NCBI RefSeq assembly: GCF_008831285.2
Contig: NC_045138.2
Span: 31,868,001-31,932,000, forward strand
DNA length: 64,000 nucleotides
Reading direction: 5' to 3'
From: Nymphaea colorata
Lineage: Eukaryota
Made by a program: the position numbers and the translations under genes. Below, piece by piece: positions 25,190 to 37,925 of the stretch. The first letter of the stretch is position 1, and each line of letters opens with the position of its first letter. The notes under the pieces were generated by a model that was not told the origin of the DNA, searched no databases, and was given only the letters and a program-made list of their open reading frames with translations.

Positions 25190-27696
25190 TTATATTTATT
25201 TATTTATTTATTTTTATTTATTTATTTATATAATAAATTGATAATAATAATAACAAATATTCTCGCCGCACCACCGCACCTAAATTTTCTGGGATGTGCC
25301 GCTCCGGCACCCACACCCCGCACCTATGTGACATAGTAACTTCTTCATGATATAAAGGCATGTTATCTTTATTTCCCCAAACCTTTCTGACTATGAAGAC
25401 AGCACTAGGAATGACGCATTCATGAACTCTGAGAGATTCTGGATGGATTTGGCATGCACCAACTTAACAGTCTTTCCTATCATATGAACACTGCCAATGG
25501 CATCATTAAGGTGCTGCTTCTATCATTTCCCAGGCAATTCCAAAAACTGTCAGAAGAATAACAATGATGTGTACAGAATATGACCATCCGTATAATCTGA
25601 AGATTATGAAAATAAAAAAGACAGAACAATATGCTATTCATCCAATTTCAGGCATTAACTAAAATTCAACCACGACCTACCAAGCAAACAATGCATAGCT
25701 GCATCGACTGGCAATCATGCACACCTAAGCATCTTCTCTACATTGCCCACAACCCCAGACAGTCCAATACTGAAAGTAAGAGCTTCAAAATTGGCACTGA
25801 TGGTTACCTTCTCTTCAACTAAAAAAAAAAATATCTTCTAATTATGTGAATCCAAATAATGGTTAAAGAGTTTAATCACTATTATGCCTCAAGCATTGGA
25901 CCGAACTTCTTTACTGTCAAGGTAATGGTTATGAATAAACATCGACTCCCAGAAAAAAAAGTAGAAGAATGGGAGATAGCCCACAAAGAAATCCAAAGAA
26001 AATAACCATGATATACTTCTTTCATGCATAATATCACTAAAAAAGGATATAAATTTGTGGCCGCTACTTAATATCAAAAATGGTCTGAAAAAGTATCTAA
26101 ACAATGAAATCTATATATTTGCACGCTGCTGAAGTAAGGAACCATGGCATGCACATTTGGAACAAATTCGAGATTTGAACAAACATTGTCTCATTCAAAG
26201 GCTCCATAAATCGGATATTTCTCAATGCATTTCTCCATTTGTCTGCAGATGGTAAATCTTCCTCATAGCATGAAGCTTGAAGCAATTGAAATTAGACTGG
26301 GATACTTAAGCAAGTTCTTGCTACCAATTTCAAGTCCTCGTTATGACTCCTCTATGCAATGTAAAGATATCCATTTGGATATGTTATGTTATCTTCACTG
26401 TCTTTTGTCTATCTTGGTGTATGTTATCAACAATAATCTTTTTTCTGCCTACCCTTGCCTACACACCAAATCAAAATGACACTAGTAGTTGCACTGGCAG
26501 TTATTTTTTCTGGATAGTTGCATTTCAAGGGGTGGTACAACTTCGATGACAATTAATTTACAGTCATATTTGTACTTTGTAGACCTAACGAGTCCCTCCC
26601 CTCTTAGCCTATTCCCATTTATTGGCACAGCTCGGTGACTGCCTATCCATTTCTTTGCACTCATAAATTTTCGCATTTTCATTCTCGCTTTACAGGGATG
26701 AAAATAAACAGAAAAGAAGTCGAAGTACAAATAATCTTGTTCCCCAGAAAAGCAAAAACAAAGAAGAAAGCAGAAACTTCAAACTTACCGATACTCATCC
26801 GCTGGGACTCCATAATTAAGATGAAGAAAACGGATACAGTGAATGGCTTTATCAACGTCCCCTTCCCTCAAATGCTCATTCATCAGCTCCAAGTGTGCCC
26901 TCTGAACCACCTGCAGGACCTTAATCCCCCATTGCAAATCATCTCCACTGACTGGTTCCGCGCGTTTGTCAGTAACCAAGCTGATTGCCAGTCCCGGATC
27001 CTCCGGCGGCTCCGCCCGTTGCCTCTGTATCTTTACATTACGGCACAGTGCATCGAAGAGCTCTGCCTGATCGCAGGCAATCCGCTTCAAACACCTCGAC
27101 TCGCTCTCCGATAATTCGAGCTCTGGATCACTGCCGCTGCCACCAGGATCATAATTACTATCCGCGGCTTCCCTCAACCTCCGCAACCCAAGCCGTAAGA
27201 CCCTCCCCAGAAACGCAGCTGCATCCACAGGAGACAGCTCCTCCATCGCGGAACCCCTAGTGACATCATCCGGTCCACTGTCGAAGCTGCCGGCCTCCTC
27301 AGAGCGATCGCGATTCCCGGTTGCCTCCAAGTCAGGGAGCGCCTCGTCAGACACGCGAGAAATGATCGACTGCACGACGAGCAGGAACTCCGCCTTAAGA
27401 ATTAGGGCTTCGGGGTCGAGATTCCAAGTCGAAGATGGCGAATCGAATCGAGTGAGCTCGAGGGACGACAGCCACAAGAGGTGGGAGGGGGAATTGCAAG
27501 TCTTGGACCACAGAATCCCCTGGAACTCGCCTCCGTTGGCGACGATGGTCTGAAGTATGGCGAGGGCGAGCCCGGGGTCGCGTTTCTTGATGCTGAGTAT
27601 GATTCCCCTGAAGGCCTCGAACTGAGCAAGGAACAGATGGTTCGCCGCCGCCCTTGAGAGGAGCTCCACATCCTTTTCGACCTGCACTTCCATCAT
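6866..27696 (-). CDS. ZFYVE26: ZFYVE26/SPG15 (spastizin)-like protein, plant At2g25730-type; N-terminal 9 coding exons, gene continues beyond position 1
   Basis: N-terminus [34 protein letters not shown]...[10 protein letters not shown] matches the plant spastizin-like family as I recall it. GT-AG exons in consistent phase: 27696-26789, 22602-22458, 19777-19502, 19282-19115, 19014-18799, 15953-15859, 8533-8359, 7691-7264, 6989-6866. Motifs include [39 protein letters not shown] and [12 protein letters not shown]. Confidence 0.88.
9430..9724 (+). repeat. 5' LTR of the full-length Copia element
   Basis: Direct repeat of 14297-14591; TATA-like CCTATATA near 9538. Confidence 0.97.
10005..14302 (+). 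pseudogene. Copia gag-pol polyprotein with three lesions
   Basis: Gag with [14 protein letters not shown] knuckle, protease [11 protein letters not shown], integrase ([26 protein letters not shown]), RT (VYVDDM) and RNase H (YSDADWAG). Lesions: a 1-nt frameshift near 11095, TAG at 11429-11431, and TGA (likely from TGG) at 13727-13729. Confidence 0.95.
14297..14591 (+). repeat. 3' LTR of the full-length Copia element
   Basis: Follows the PPT and is followed by the TSD GTTTC. Confidence 0.97.
15250..15500 (+). mobile_element. Degenerate hAT transposase C-terminal (dimerisation) remnant
   Basis: Residual WQLLATI (~15397) and EINFSTYS (~15462) resemble the LQxLA...ERNWSTY motif of plant hAT transposases. 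Confidence 0.45.
18059..18585 (+). mobile_element. Solo LTR (~527 bp), old
   Basis: TGTTAG...CCAACA termini and an internal CTATAAATA box near 18358. Flanks CCTTG/CATTA give only an imperfect TSD. Confidence 0.6.
20465..20600. repeat. Compound (TA)n/(TACA)n microsatellite
   Basis: Directly visible. Confidence 0.95.
23959..25336. mobile_element. Non-autonomous hAT-type DNA transposon (~1.38 kb) in intron 1 of the ZFYVE26-like gene
   Basis: Imperfect TIRs CTAAGTCACACGG / CCTATGTGACATAG. 8-bp TSD TAACTTTT (23951-23958) / TAACTTCT (25337-25344). GC-rich subterminal GCACC repeats and an AT-rich non-coding interior. Confidence 0.85.
25146..25230. repeat. Compound (CA)n(TA)n(TTTA)n microsatellite inside the hAT element
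   Basis: Directly visible. Confidence 0.9.
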
Positions 27697-29565
27697 GGAG
27701 ACGGTGGCGAAGGAGAAGCCCAATAAGAAGGAGCAACGCAGAGAAGGAAGAAACTGGGGAGAAACGAAGGAGGTGAACTCATGGCGCCATCAAGAACTTC
27801 CACCCGCAAACGAAAACTGTTTCTCTGATAAAGTACCTTTGAGGGAGAGAAAGGCAGAGGGGAGGGGAGGGAAGTGGTGGGGCCGTCTTCTGCATGTGTC
27901 CCACCAATATCGACTAGCGACTTCTTCGCTGTATCGACTGGGAGTTCAGGCATACTTTGTGACATGTTTGCGCCTTACATTGTGGGAGGATAAGTCGGAG
28001 TGTCCAATCCCGTCAGCACCATTCAAACACGAACATTTAATCTACTTAGACATGGGTCGGTTGAGTGTATAAAAAAAAAAAAAGAAGAAATCAATGCAGA
28101 ATTTGAAAAGCTATCCGATTCAGTAAAACATAGGAACATTTCTTTCCACTTTAACAACATAGCCTAAAAAGTGTCATTATAAATTTTTGGCTAAAGGGTG
28201 CCGTCACTACAAATTTCAGGCACTTATATGTAAAAAAATGAAAACTAACAAAATCTCTATGTATAAATAAAGTAAAATTTTGCAGACTTGTGTGGGCAAT
28301 TGCGCACAGCAACAATAGCGTGGCTTTGCCATTAGAGAATGTTTTTTGTTAGTACTTAAGAACAGTGGCGTAGCCTCACAAAATTAATGTTTTGATATAT
28401 TTGATTGTTATACATGTAAGTGGGCCAAAAAAATTATAGGTATTGAATGACTGCCCTCACTAAAAAAAATTATGGCTAGTTAGTGCTTGAGAATTGATTG
28501 TTTATCAAAAGTTATGTAGAACATATGGATTTATAGGACAGATGGAACTTTTAAAAGTTTTCTTAGTAGTTAATCGTGATCATCATGTTCATTTTTAAGG
28601 TTGTGAGTTAGTATTTAAGCTTGAACGAGGCCAAGACCAGGGGAGCATTTGGAAGACAAAAACCAACTGACTCCTAATGTTGTTCTACAACCGTACCTAG
28701 TTTAAATAGTAGTTACATTTGATAAATATGCGTTGTGTTCTTTTATGAACATAGAATTATTATGTTTAACAGCAAAAATTATATGGAAAAGTATACAATT
28801 TGTATGCATTTCAGAGGAAATTGGATTACTCGGAATTACACATTTGGCAACGAAGAAACATGAGCCTTTTGTCAGAAACTACAGCCAAATAAGTTTCTAT
28901 CGACCGATCATTTTCAATGAAAAGAGTTGAGATTGTGTTTTTTTTTTACATCCACCTTTTACTTGCATTTTCGGAAAAAAGCCAAATTTTGTGATTTTTT
29001 AAAATAAAAGCCACACTTTCTATAAAAACATTTAAGTAAAAGCCTAAAGTGAACTTCCACTAACATAAGAAACAAAAAATTAGCAATCATTTTTAATATT
29101 TGTGCGCTATTAGTACATTATATTCTTAACATTCCAGTTAACGCTTTTTAATCCTATCAAGTTAATTCAAATTCACTTCAGTCTTTCACGCCCCCATATA
29201 ATGGGGCATGTGAAAATGACGTTCCTACAAGCATTATACTTTTATCATTCTACGTCTTAATACGGTGAGACATTTGAAGGGTGCATCGTTGTTATCACCG
29301 ATACTGATGTAGGTTGGACAGGCAAATGACTGAAACTTTGCCCCTATTTTGCAATGAATTGTTAAAGTCTGTCGTCACAAAAAGAACATCAGTTGTGCCT
29401 ACTAGCTTGGATGTGTATGGGTAAGTGGATTTGCCTCTAATTCCTCTCTATCATTTGACCACCGGTTCCAAAATTTTTACACCAAATCATATATCTAAGA
29501 TTTTTTTTTTTAACACTACATCTCATATTATCTCGCGTCTGAGATCATAGACTATCGGCTAACGC

Positions 29566-29836
29566 TAGGCATCGAGTGGGACCCGACTAGGCCTGGTTCG
29601 GATCGATAAAAATGTCTTAATTCATATTTATTGACTTTTATATATAATTATAATATTTGGTTATGATTAATTATATTTATATATTATATTATAACTAAAG
29701 TATATGTATTTTAATTTAATTGGGTTGGGCTCGGGTTTAAAGTGTCGGGCCAAACCTGGGCCCGGGTTTCGGGTGTCAGCCGACCCGAGCCCGACTCCTT
29801 ATCAGGCTGGGCTGGCCCAGCCCAGTCTCAGGTTTA
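29566..29836. mobile_element. MITE-like element with GGGCTCGGG/CCCGAC subterminal repeats
   Basis: TAGGCA...CAGGTTTA ends, GC-rich repeated ends and an AT-rich core; no clean TSD. Confidence 0.5.
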
Positions 29837-29944
29837 CACACGACCATAGATTTATAGCCCAGAGGTCCTAAAATATTTTTAGCTTTGTCCTACCAATAAT
29901 AAACCTCGGTCCTTTCATGTGACAGTATTTTTTGGCATCTTAGA

Positions 29945-30342
29945 TAGGAATGTCAATGGATTTGATTTAAATAAAATACACTCCATGTAATTGGAATATG
30001 GATAAGAAAAAAATCATATCTAAATCTGAAACCCAAATCCACGATTCGAACCTGATTTTTAATTCATATCGAAAACTGAATTTTGAACCTAAACTGGCCT
30101 ATTTTTAAAACATAAGAGTATTATATATACAATATTTGTTTAAAATTAAATCCTTTTAAATGAAATCTGAATCCGATGGACTATTTATGTATATTTGTAT
30201 AAAAAAACGACAGGACATCATCTCCTAAATTCAAATCCTACCTGAGTTCTTAATTGGGTATTACATATTTTTTTCTATATACGATTTTTTCGGAACAGTT
30301 AGATGGAACATCCAATCTAAATCAGATATATTAGCATCCCTA
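29945..30342. mobile_element. hAT-derived MITE (~400 bp)
   Basis: TIRs TAGGAATGTCAAT / ATTAGCATCCCTA; 8-bp TSD ATCTTAGA / TTCTTAGA; internal ATCCGA-like repeats. Confidence 0.8.
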
Positions 30343-30552
30343 TTCTTAGAGAAAGCAAATGTGTTTAAACTTAAAAAACCTTGCTTCATATGTCAAACAT
30401 ATCAAATATGATGGAGAAAGCCCAAATCTCAAGGCTTAAGGGGCGTTGAATAGCTAACGGAGGCCAAAACTTATATATTTCGATAACCATAAACTGATGG
30501 CCGAGGCCGATTGTCATCTAATAAACACTTCGGGCAAGAACTTATCCACATG

Positions 30553-31044
30553 GAGGGCTGCACAACAACTCTAGCCAACTTGGGCTCGACTCAAACTCGC
30601 TTGAAAAAACTCGGCGTGTGCTCTATTTATTTATAAACAAACCGAGATACTCAAAACCATAAATGAGTCGAGTCCACGTTTCAAAAGTTCGACTCGTTTA
30701 TACTCAACTCAACTCGCAAACCAGTACTATATATAATATCATCAAAACCAGTTTCACAAGTTACGCGAGTTAAACGAGCTGATGCTGATACGAATTAAAC
30801 GAGTTAATGCATACAAAAGTTAACGATAAACAAGTTAAATGGGTTAAACAAGTCGAGTTCGAGCTTGATTTTGTGTAGTCGAGCTCAAGCTTGTTATAAG
30901 GAGCTCGAGTTTTTTGAGCCGAGTCGAGTTCGAACTCGATTTTGTGTAGTCGAGCTCGAGCTTGTTATAAGGAACTCGAGTTTTTTGAGTCTAGTCGAGT
31001 CGAGCTGGCCAAGCTTTGGCTCAACTCCACTCGTGTGCAGTGTC
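30553..31044. mobile_element. hAT-like MITE with CTCGAG/GTCGAG repeats
   Basis: Ends GAGGGCTGCACA / TGTGCAGTGTC; dense (G/C)TCGAG repeats; internal 71-bp tandem duplication at 30851-30992. Confidence 0.7.
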
Positions 31045-31361
31045 CAGGCTTACTCATGCTTGCACGATCAGCCATGCGAATATAATAGTTATAGGAGGTT
31101 GGCGTTTGCCCCATGAACAACGTCTTGAAAACCATTTCATGCCTGGAGGTAATTAATAACCAAAGATTATACATTTTTAACTGAAGTTCGCTCGAGGACG
31201 AGGATAACCAAGCTAATGAGCAGTGGCGAAACCAAAATTTTTTGCATTAATAATTCAGATTGTAAGGTTTAAGTGGCACTCATATATAAATAAATAAAAA
31301 CTATAGAAATATCAACAAAACAGCTTATAAAGTATAAACAAGATAGCTTAATCACTATAGG

Positions 31362-31534
31362 CAGTGGTGGAGCTATGCATATTTGGCCGAGGGGCACTCA
31401 AAAATTATATCTTAGAGGCCATTTTATGTGCAAGTATATAAAAAATTGAAGGTTAACCAATATCTAAATAAGGATTTTTTTATTGAATTGTGTGGGCAAT
31501 TGCCCACACATGCCCATATGTACCTCTGCCTCTG
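31362..31534. mobile_element. Short MITE (CAGTGGYGG family)
   Basis: Ends CAGTGGTGGAG / CTCTGCCTCTG; flanks ACTATAGG / AATATAGT. Related fragments at ~28190-28335, ~28363 and ~31221 share CAGTGGCG and/or TGTGTGGGCAATTG. Confidence 0.65.
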
Positions 31535-31599
31535 AATATAGTCGTTAACCCATGAAATCCATAAGCTTGATTTAAAACCTGCCGTATTCGGACGGAAAC

Positions 31600-32966
31600 G
31601 GAGGAAGGACACTTCTGGCCGTCCCTTTTTGTGGTTCCCAACTCCCAAGCAGAAGGGGACAGGGTTCATGAGTTCCGCCAAATCAGTCGGTCGAAAACCG
31701 TTCCGAACGGTTTCACGGTGCATGGGGACGGGGAGAAGGCCCTGCTACTGCTAGGGTGGGAAAACAGGGGGCCGCTTCACGGTGAGCGCCGCTCCGAGTC
31801 TTCCTGCGGCAAGTTTCCCCAGTTTCCATTTCTCTCATTCCCTCTCCTTCTTCACGAAGCTGAAACGGAACTTATGATGTGCCTCTTTCCCTTTCGAGCA
31901 GGTTTACTCTTCATGGCGTTGGTGGTGTAGAAGGAGTGGACTGCGAAGAGCGAAGCTGCCACCTCCGGCCAATCTGTCCAGCACACCAGCACTTTCTTCA
32001 GCTTCTGGGAACATAGTGGCGTCGGACCCGCTGCCGTCGCTTTTCGGTTCCAGGTTCTCTCTCTCTCTCTCTCTATCGCACATACACATGTACACACTCT
32101 CACTAGAAGCAAATCCTATGCTCCACTCTACTTCATTGTTACCTCTTGTTTTCTCGGACCAGCTTGAGTTTCAATGGTTAGATCAAAAGTTGAGGTTTTT
32201 CTGGAAGGTGATAACATCACGACATGATCGACGGTGGTGGGCTTATTCAACCAACGCCATGCACTTTCATGCAGAAACAAATGCCAAAGCTATTTGATTA
32301 TATATGTTACTATTTTTTAATATGTTTTGAAGACCTAGGACATTGGCATAATGTTTTGGATACATTCATTGTGAAGTGGGATAACATGCGAGCTTTCTGA
32401 GGTCCTATTTAGTCTTTGGAAGCTTATCGGAGATTGCGTGTGAAACTTCTTTCTGTTTATATTGGGAATTGGGATTGGAGATTTTTTGTTAGATGTGTTG
32501 GGATTACGGAAACGGGAAGGTAAATGCTTCTATTGGTCGACCACTTAAAACCTGAAAGTTGTATGCTTGGGGTACCTGTGGTGTTATTTGTTTGTTAGGT
32601 TGGGTTCTTAAATTGTCCACAAGTTCCTGCTAAAGTTCCTGGAGTCTGCAGTTCTTTAAGCAGAACATCTTCGCTGTTTGGTGGTTTTTGGTGTGCGTTT
32701 GTATGTATTATGATGTAAATCTGAAGAATGTGTACGTGTTTGGCATGGGTTATCATTGATGCACAGGAAAAATACTGTACAGGAAATTCTGTTGTCTCTC
32801 CTGATTTCTCTTTTTTCTCTCTCATTGCCTTTGATTTGGTGGTTTTGTTTGCAGTGGAAAAGGCAATTGTTCCTGCTTTCGTCGCCCGTCTCCCGGTGAC
32901 AAAGGGGCTTTTTGTTGCTGCGCAGAGTTTTCATCAAAGGCGTGCAAGAAATCTTCAGGTATTTTT
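31600..32966 (+). other. Putative multi-exon non-coding 5' leader of PYRB, or a separate lncRNA
   Basis: GC-rich island with + strand splice signals: donor CACG|GTGAGC at 31782, acceptor CAG at 31901, donor 32054 before a (CT)n tract, and further AG/GT pairs near 32599-32700 and 32855-32966. PYRB's first coding exon begins at an acceptor (ACTAAT...TTTTGCAG, 38673). Confidence 0.55.
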
Positions 32967-34976
32967 GTGAGTCTATCTTCATATTGCAATACACGAACCG
33001 CCGGAAGCAAATAAGAAAACACCCAAATTAAATTAATGGCGACCATTATATACATGCATGATTACGATTGGATTTTTGAGAAATGGAAAACAGACCGAAC
33101 ACAATCTTAACGTGGCTTGGCAGATTTTTGCCTACATCCACGAACCGTTTATGGGCTTCATTGATGGCTGCCGTTCTCGCATGGTTTTTTACTTTACAAT
33201 CATGTTTTTAGTACCCACGGCATTCTTTTTACTTTCAGGGGCAATACCCCATACAATCACATAAATAGATAAAATTAACATTGGGACTTCCTTATAAAGG
33301 GGACTTGCAGCAATTTCATCGTTATGAAATGAGAAAATTTTTTATTTTTAAATTGGAAGGCTGGGTTAGATGGATACAAACCAAATTATGATAAGAACAA
33401 GCTTCTATGGAGCTGAATCAATTCAGTTGCAAACTCCGACCACTTGAACATGATAAGAATATGGGCGCATATACATTTGAATAGCTGAAAGAAGCCTTGA
33501 AATTTTCATTTTTCTCCATAAAAAAGGACACATCGGTAGCCATTTCAGACATCTGAACAGGTGGACCTTTTTCTGACATGGAATTAAGGGCTGGCAATCT
33601 GATTTGCAAAACAATATTTTCTCCCTTAGCAATTGAATGCTTTTCCCAAATAATTATTGGTTGATATTTAGTGGGAACCATTTAGTCCTCTACAAATCTC
33701 ACATCTTATGTAGTTTTTTGGCTCGTGTTCCATGTTTGGTTATTTGAAGTCATGTGACTGTTTACTTGGCTGAATAGAGGTTTTGAGGCTTGTAGAAAGC
33801 AATGGACAGCCATATGTTTTTCTAGATTTGACTGAAAAGAGTTATGACGGGTGTGTTAAATGCATCTTAGATCTTACTGAGATACTTCATATGTTTCCTG
33901 TTTGCCAATGGGATTCTTTACTGGAGATCAGCTACGGTTCTTGCTTATAAGTGCTATCATTTTACTATTTCTTCAACTTTGATTGTTACGGCTTCAGCAG
34001 ACAACAATACTTAATGATGATCAGTTAAGACTTAAGAGAACTAGGAAATGTAGTAGTGCTTTAATCTTCTTCCTTCCTCACCTTTCCCTGAATTATCTGG
34101 TTGTACAATTACTTCTTCAGTTGTTCCAAACTGAAAATTTATTATTACACGGCAGGTTAAGCAGACACTTGTGCTTACATTTGTCTGCTGGCGTCATGAT
34201 TCATCTGTAAAGTTTGGTTCAATGTGTTGACTGGCATCCGTTCTTGCATAACATGGACCGGTCACTGCATTTTTTATGACATTGAGAGGAGCTGCTATAC
34301 TAACCAAGACACTGTAGTTTTCAAGTTCTTTTGCTTAAATGGTATGAGCTATAGGTTACTAAAATGAGAAGAACTTTTCACATGAGGATTACTAAGATTT
34401 TGCTTTTCACTTGCTGTCATTTTTTTTTTGTCTTTTATGGAAGTCTTATAACGAGATAGCCATCAATTATTCCTGTGGCACTGACACAAGACACTTTGCT
34501 GTCTTCAAAGAAAATATTGTTGAATTTTTTTAGGCTCCCTCTTGCTAATTTGACTGCTCCCTACTATGCATTTATCTGCATACTTTATCCTTCTGCGCTC
34601 CGTACAATCTTTTCGTACTTTTGCTTATCAAACCCTGAAATTGACGGAGCAACTCAAGTAAAACAAAGCTTGGGGATTCCAGCAACCTCTTTTGACTATT
34701 TGTCAAGGACAGATGGCTGGAGCTTCATTTGCTTGTATGGGGTCCCACATGATGACACGTTCCTTTCTTCCTTCTGCATGGCCCAACCCCCACATCTATG
34801 GAAAAAAAAATTTATGTGTCAATCAAAAGTGGACAAAAAATTTATGGATACAAAGGAGCCGAATAGCTTACCAACAATCGACCTGCTTATAGTTGAACAC
34901 AATGAGCTTGAGCATTGTCCTAATTTCTGTCTGATTGGACTGGATTTTGTGATACTCGAACTTTAGGGTTGCAAAT

Positions 34977-37925
34977 TGTCACACCCCGACCCTTTGACAC
35001 ACAAACATTTTTTTTTTTTCTAAACATCAAACATCGAGGTGCGACTACCCAACAGTTCAAAAGAGTGAGCCAAACAATTCAAAACAATGGGGCGAACTTT
35101 CATTTATATAACAACTTTGTTTCATACAAAATCACATTTATGTGTATGACAAAATGCCCCCAAACTGTATGATTGATGTCTAACAAAAACAATACATCAA
35201 TACAGATAAACCAAGACGCGCCGGCACTACATAAGAAAACAAAGCCCAAAACCTCCCCAGTAGGACGTGAGTGAAGCCATCTGATCAACCTGCCGCCCCG
35301 GGTCTGCCAAAACCTGAAAAAGAAACAACTGAAGGCTTAGCCTTCGCAGTATGGCAACAAGCCAGAAAAATACCAAATCCTCTTAGATAGGGCTCAAATA
35401 AGAGAACAAATATCAAAACCATTTATCATCATGTCGTGTCAGAGCACGACACGTAAGGGCCACTCAATGGCCACAACAACACAATTTCAATCATATGCAC
35501 ATCAATCACATACATTCAATCATATACATTACATTTTCATTAGCTTTAGTGAATTCACAGTTCCTGTGGGTGCAACACAGGCACGTGCACACAATGGGCG
35601 GCCTACAACCGAGAGACAACCCTCGTGGTGGCCCATAACAATATGGATCTATTTCATCCGTTGCAGCGGTAGAGCACTCATCCATGGATGTGTGAATTTC
35701 AAGGAGAGATACTCAGCCTTCCCTAGGACACCCAGGTTGGGAAGGCGGGAGCCCAACGCTCCAAGCACAACACACAACAATACCCTGGGGCCTTGCACCG
35801 CCTGCGCTCCGAACAGGTGAGACCAGTGGCGAAAAAGGGACGTCTCCCAACACATAGCCACATCTCACTGCCTCTCATCTCTTAATTATTCATTATTATC
35901 ATTCGATTAACACATTTACAAATTGACTGGCTAGCTCATGAGGTTGGTACACTTTACGAGTGCACCCACACCTCCAATTGCCTCCACACGAGGTCTGCAC
36001 ATAACACTAACAGTCATAGCTAGCCGTCATACAATATGGGTACAACTACCCTCCCATTCAATCATTTGCATCATTGCCTGTAGCAATGTGTATGCAACAG
36101 AACAAAACATTCACATCATTCATCATATCAATCACATCTTCAAAAACTTAGCCAAACCATAGAGAGTAGTCTCGATCTGTGATTGGCTCGTAGCTGTCTT
36201 ATGCAGTTATCATTCTAGGATGCTTTCTAATGCACAATTGGGGTCGAAGAGACACTCGACTCGATACCCCACCTCATCTGTCCTAAACAGATATCAATTA
36301 TAGCATGCACATGCAAAGACATAACATTTTCAAAACAATCACTAATAGCCTTTCAAAACCCTTCATATCATATATCAATTCATGTACATGCATACACACA
36401 TTTAATCTCAAAACAATCAATCAATTCACATCACAAATCCTAGAATCCCATGACCCTAGGAACACACATTCACACATTTGCCTAGGCAGGGATTTGCTTG
36501 GAATGTCGCCATACTTGTGGCGCGCTCACAAACTCTTCAAAATGCCTCGAGCTTCAAATCTGACAGCTCAAGGTCGACGGGACGTGCCCGGTGTACCTGC
36601 AAACATAAACAAAAGATCAAATTTCTACTAGTTAACTACGCAATCCAAACAAATACAAAACAGAATCATTGAGGCACATGTCATCGCCTCAAGAAAGTGT
36701 CGACGGGTAGTGTCGACCTACAAGCCCTCCAATAGGCCACTTCGCAACTTCTTACCGTTGCCACCCAATGCCAAAACCCAATGCTTCGCTCAATCCATCC
36801 TTAACACATTTCTCATTAACTTTCCTTTAGTTGAGGCGTCTTCCCAACATGCACACCCCCTTCCTACCTACACATACCACCCGCGTCGACCAAGGTGCTC
36901 CAAGCGTTCCCAAAGACGGTCCTACGCTTCTCCACAACATCATTAACTCTACCATACTTCCCTATTGCATCGAAAATCAACCTATCATGCTTAAAAAAAA
37001 TCATGATAAACACAAATCATCGCTTCTCCCACATAATCCTACACTTTCCCCAAAAAGCAAGGTCGCTTGCATGCATCCCAAACCATCAATTCTACCTTCT
37101 AGCATGCTCAAACAATAATTATACATGCTCCAAAGAAAAATATATAATAAAATGGGTTCAATTACGCCTTGCTTTACCCAAATCAAGAGTCTAGGCTGCT
37201 GCAATCCTTTCGGCAGCCACCTCACAAGTCCAAATGGTCCCCAAGCAGCTAAAATCCTTCAATGTCGCCACACCAAGGCCTTCTAATCACTGTTATGCGG
37301 GGAAGAACACGTCCCCTAAACTGGAATCCAATCAAACAGTGATAAAATCAGTAAAGAAGAGTGCTCGGTTGGGGAAAAATGGAAAAACAAATAGAAAATG
37401 GGGAGAAGAGCTCAAGTAGGGAAAAGGCACTGACCAAAGAGATAGACAGAAGAGAGAGTGAGGGAAGGAGGGTTCGGACAGAAAGGGGAAAGACGGCAAA
37501 GGGGAGGGAAATCGAGTGGGGCAAAAGAGGGAGATGGTGAAGAGGAGACGGACGGGACGAGGAGGGAGCTCTAGCAGAGAGGGAGAGGGAGAAATCATGC
37601 GGCAGGGGGTGCTGACGAAGGAGGGAGAGGCTGCGTGGGAGGGAGGAGAAAAAGCAGACAGAGAAGGCGAGAGAGGAAGCTTACCCACGCTGCCGCCGTC
37701 ACCACTACCGCCGCTGTCATCGCCGCCGCCGCCGCTGCCGCGCCGACCTCCGTCTCCTTCTTCTTCTCTGCACTGAGCTCCGGTCGTGGGTAAGGGAGAG
37801 ACGCAGAGGGGAAACGAGGGGGAAGGGGAGACGGGCTGCAGCGTCGGGCTCCTTACGCGCATGGAGCTCGGGTCTGGGTCTGGACCCTGACCCGACCCGT
37901 TCTGCCAAAAAAACCAAGCGTTACA
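34977..37925 (-). mobile_element. Ty3/Gypsy-type solo LTR (2949 bp)
   Basis: Minus strand reads TGTAACGC...GGGGTGTGACA, with a perfect 5-bp TSD CAAAT at 34972-34976 and 37926-37930 and no internal gag/pol. The termini resemble Tekay/Del-type long LTRs (family assignment is inference). Confidence 0.88.

Noticed and set aside
30585..31010. CRISPR-like or regulatory repeat array
   Set aside because: Irregular CTCGAG/GTCGAG subterminal repeats of a MITE in eukaryotic DNA; no repeat-spacer structure.
34014..34095. Possible C/D-box snoRNA (ATGATGA...CTGA)
   Set aside because: No clear terminal stem and no rRNA-complementary guide that I can recognise; such motifs occur by chance.
34475..34966. 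163-aa plus-strand ORF upstream of the solo LTR
   Set aside because: Non-ATG start, intron-like composition and no recognisable motif.
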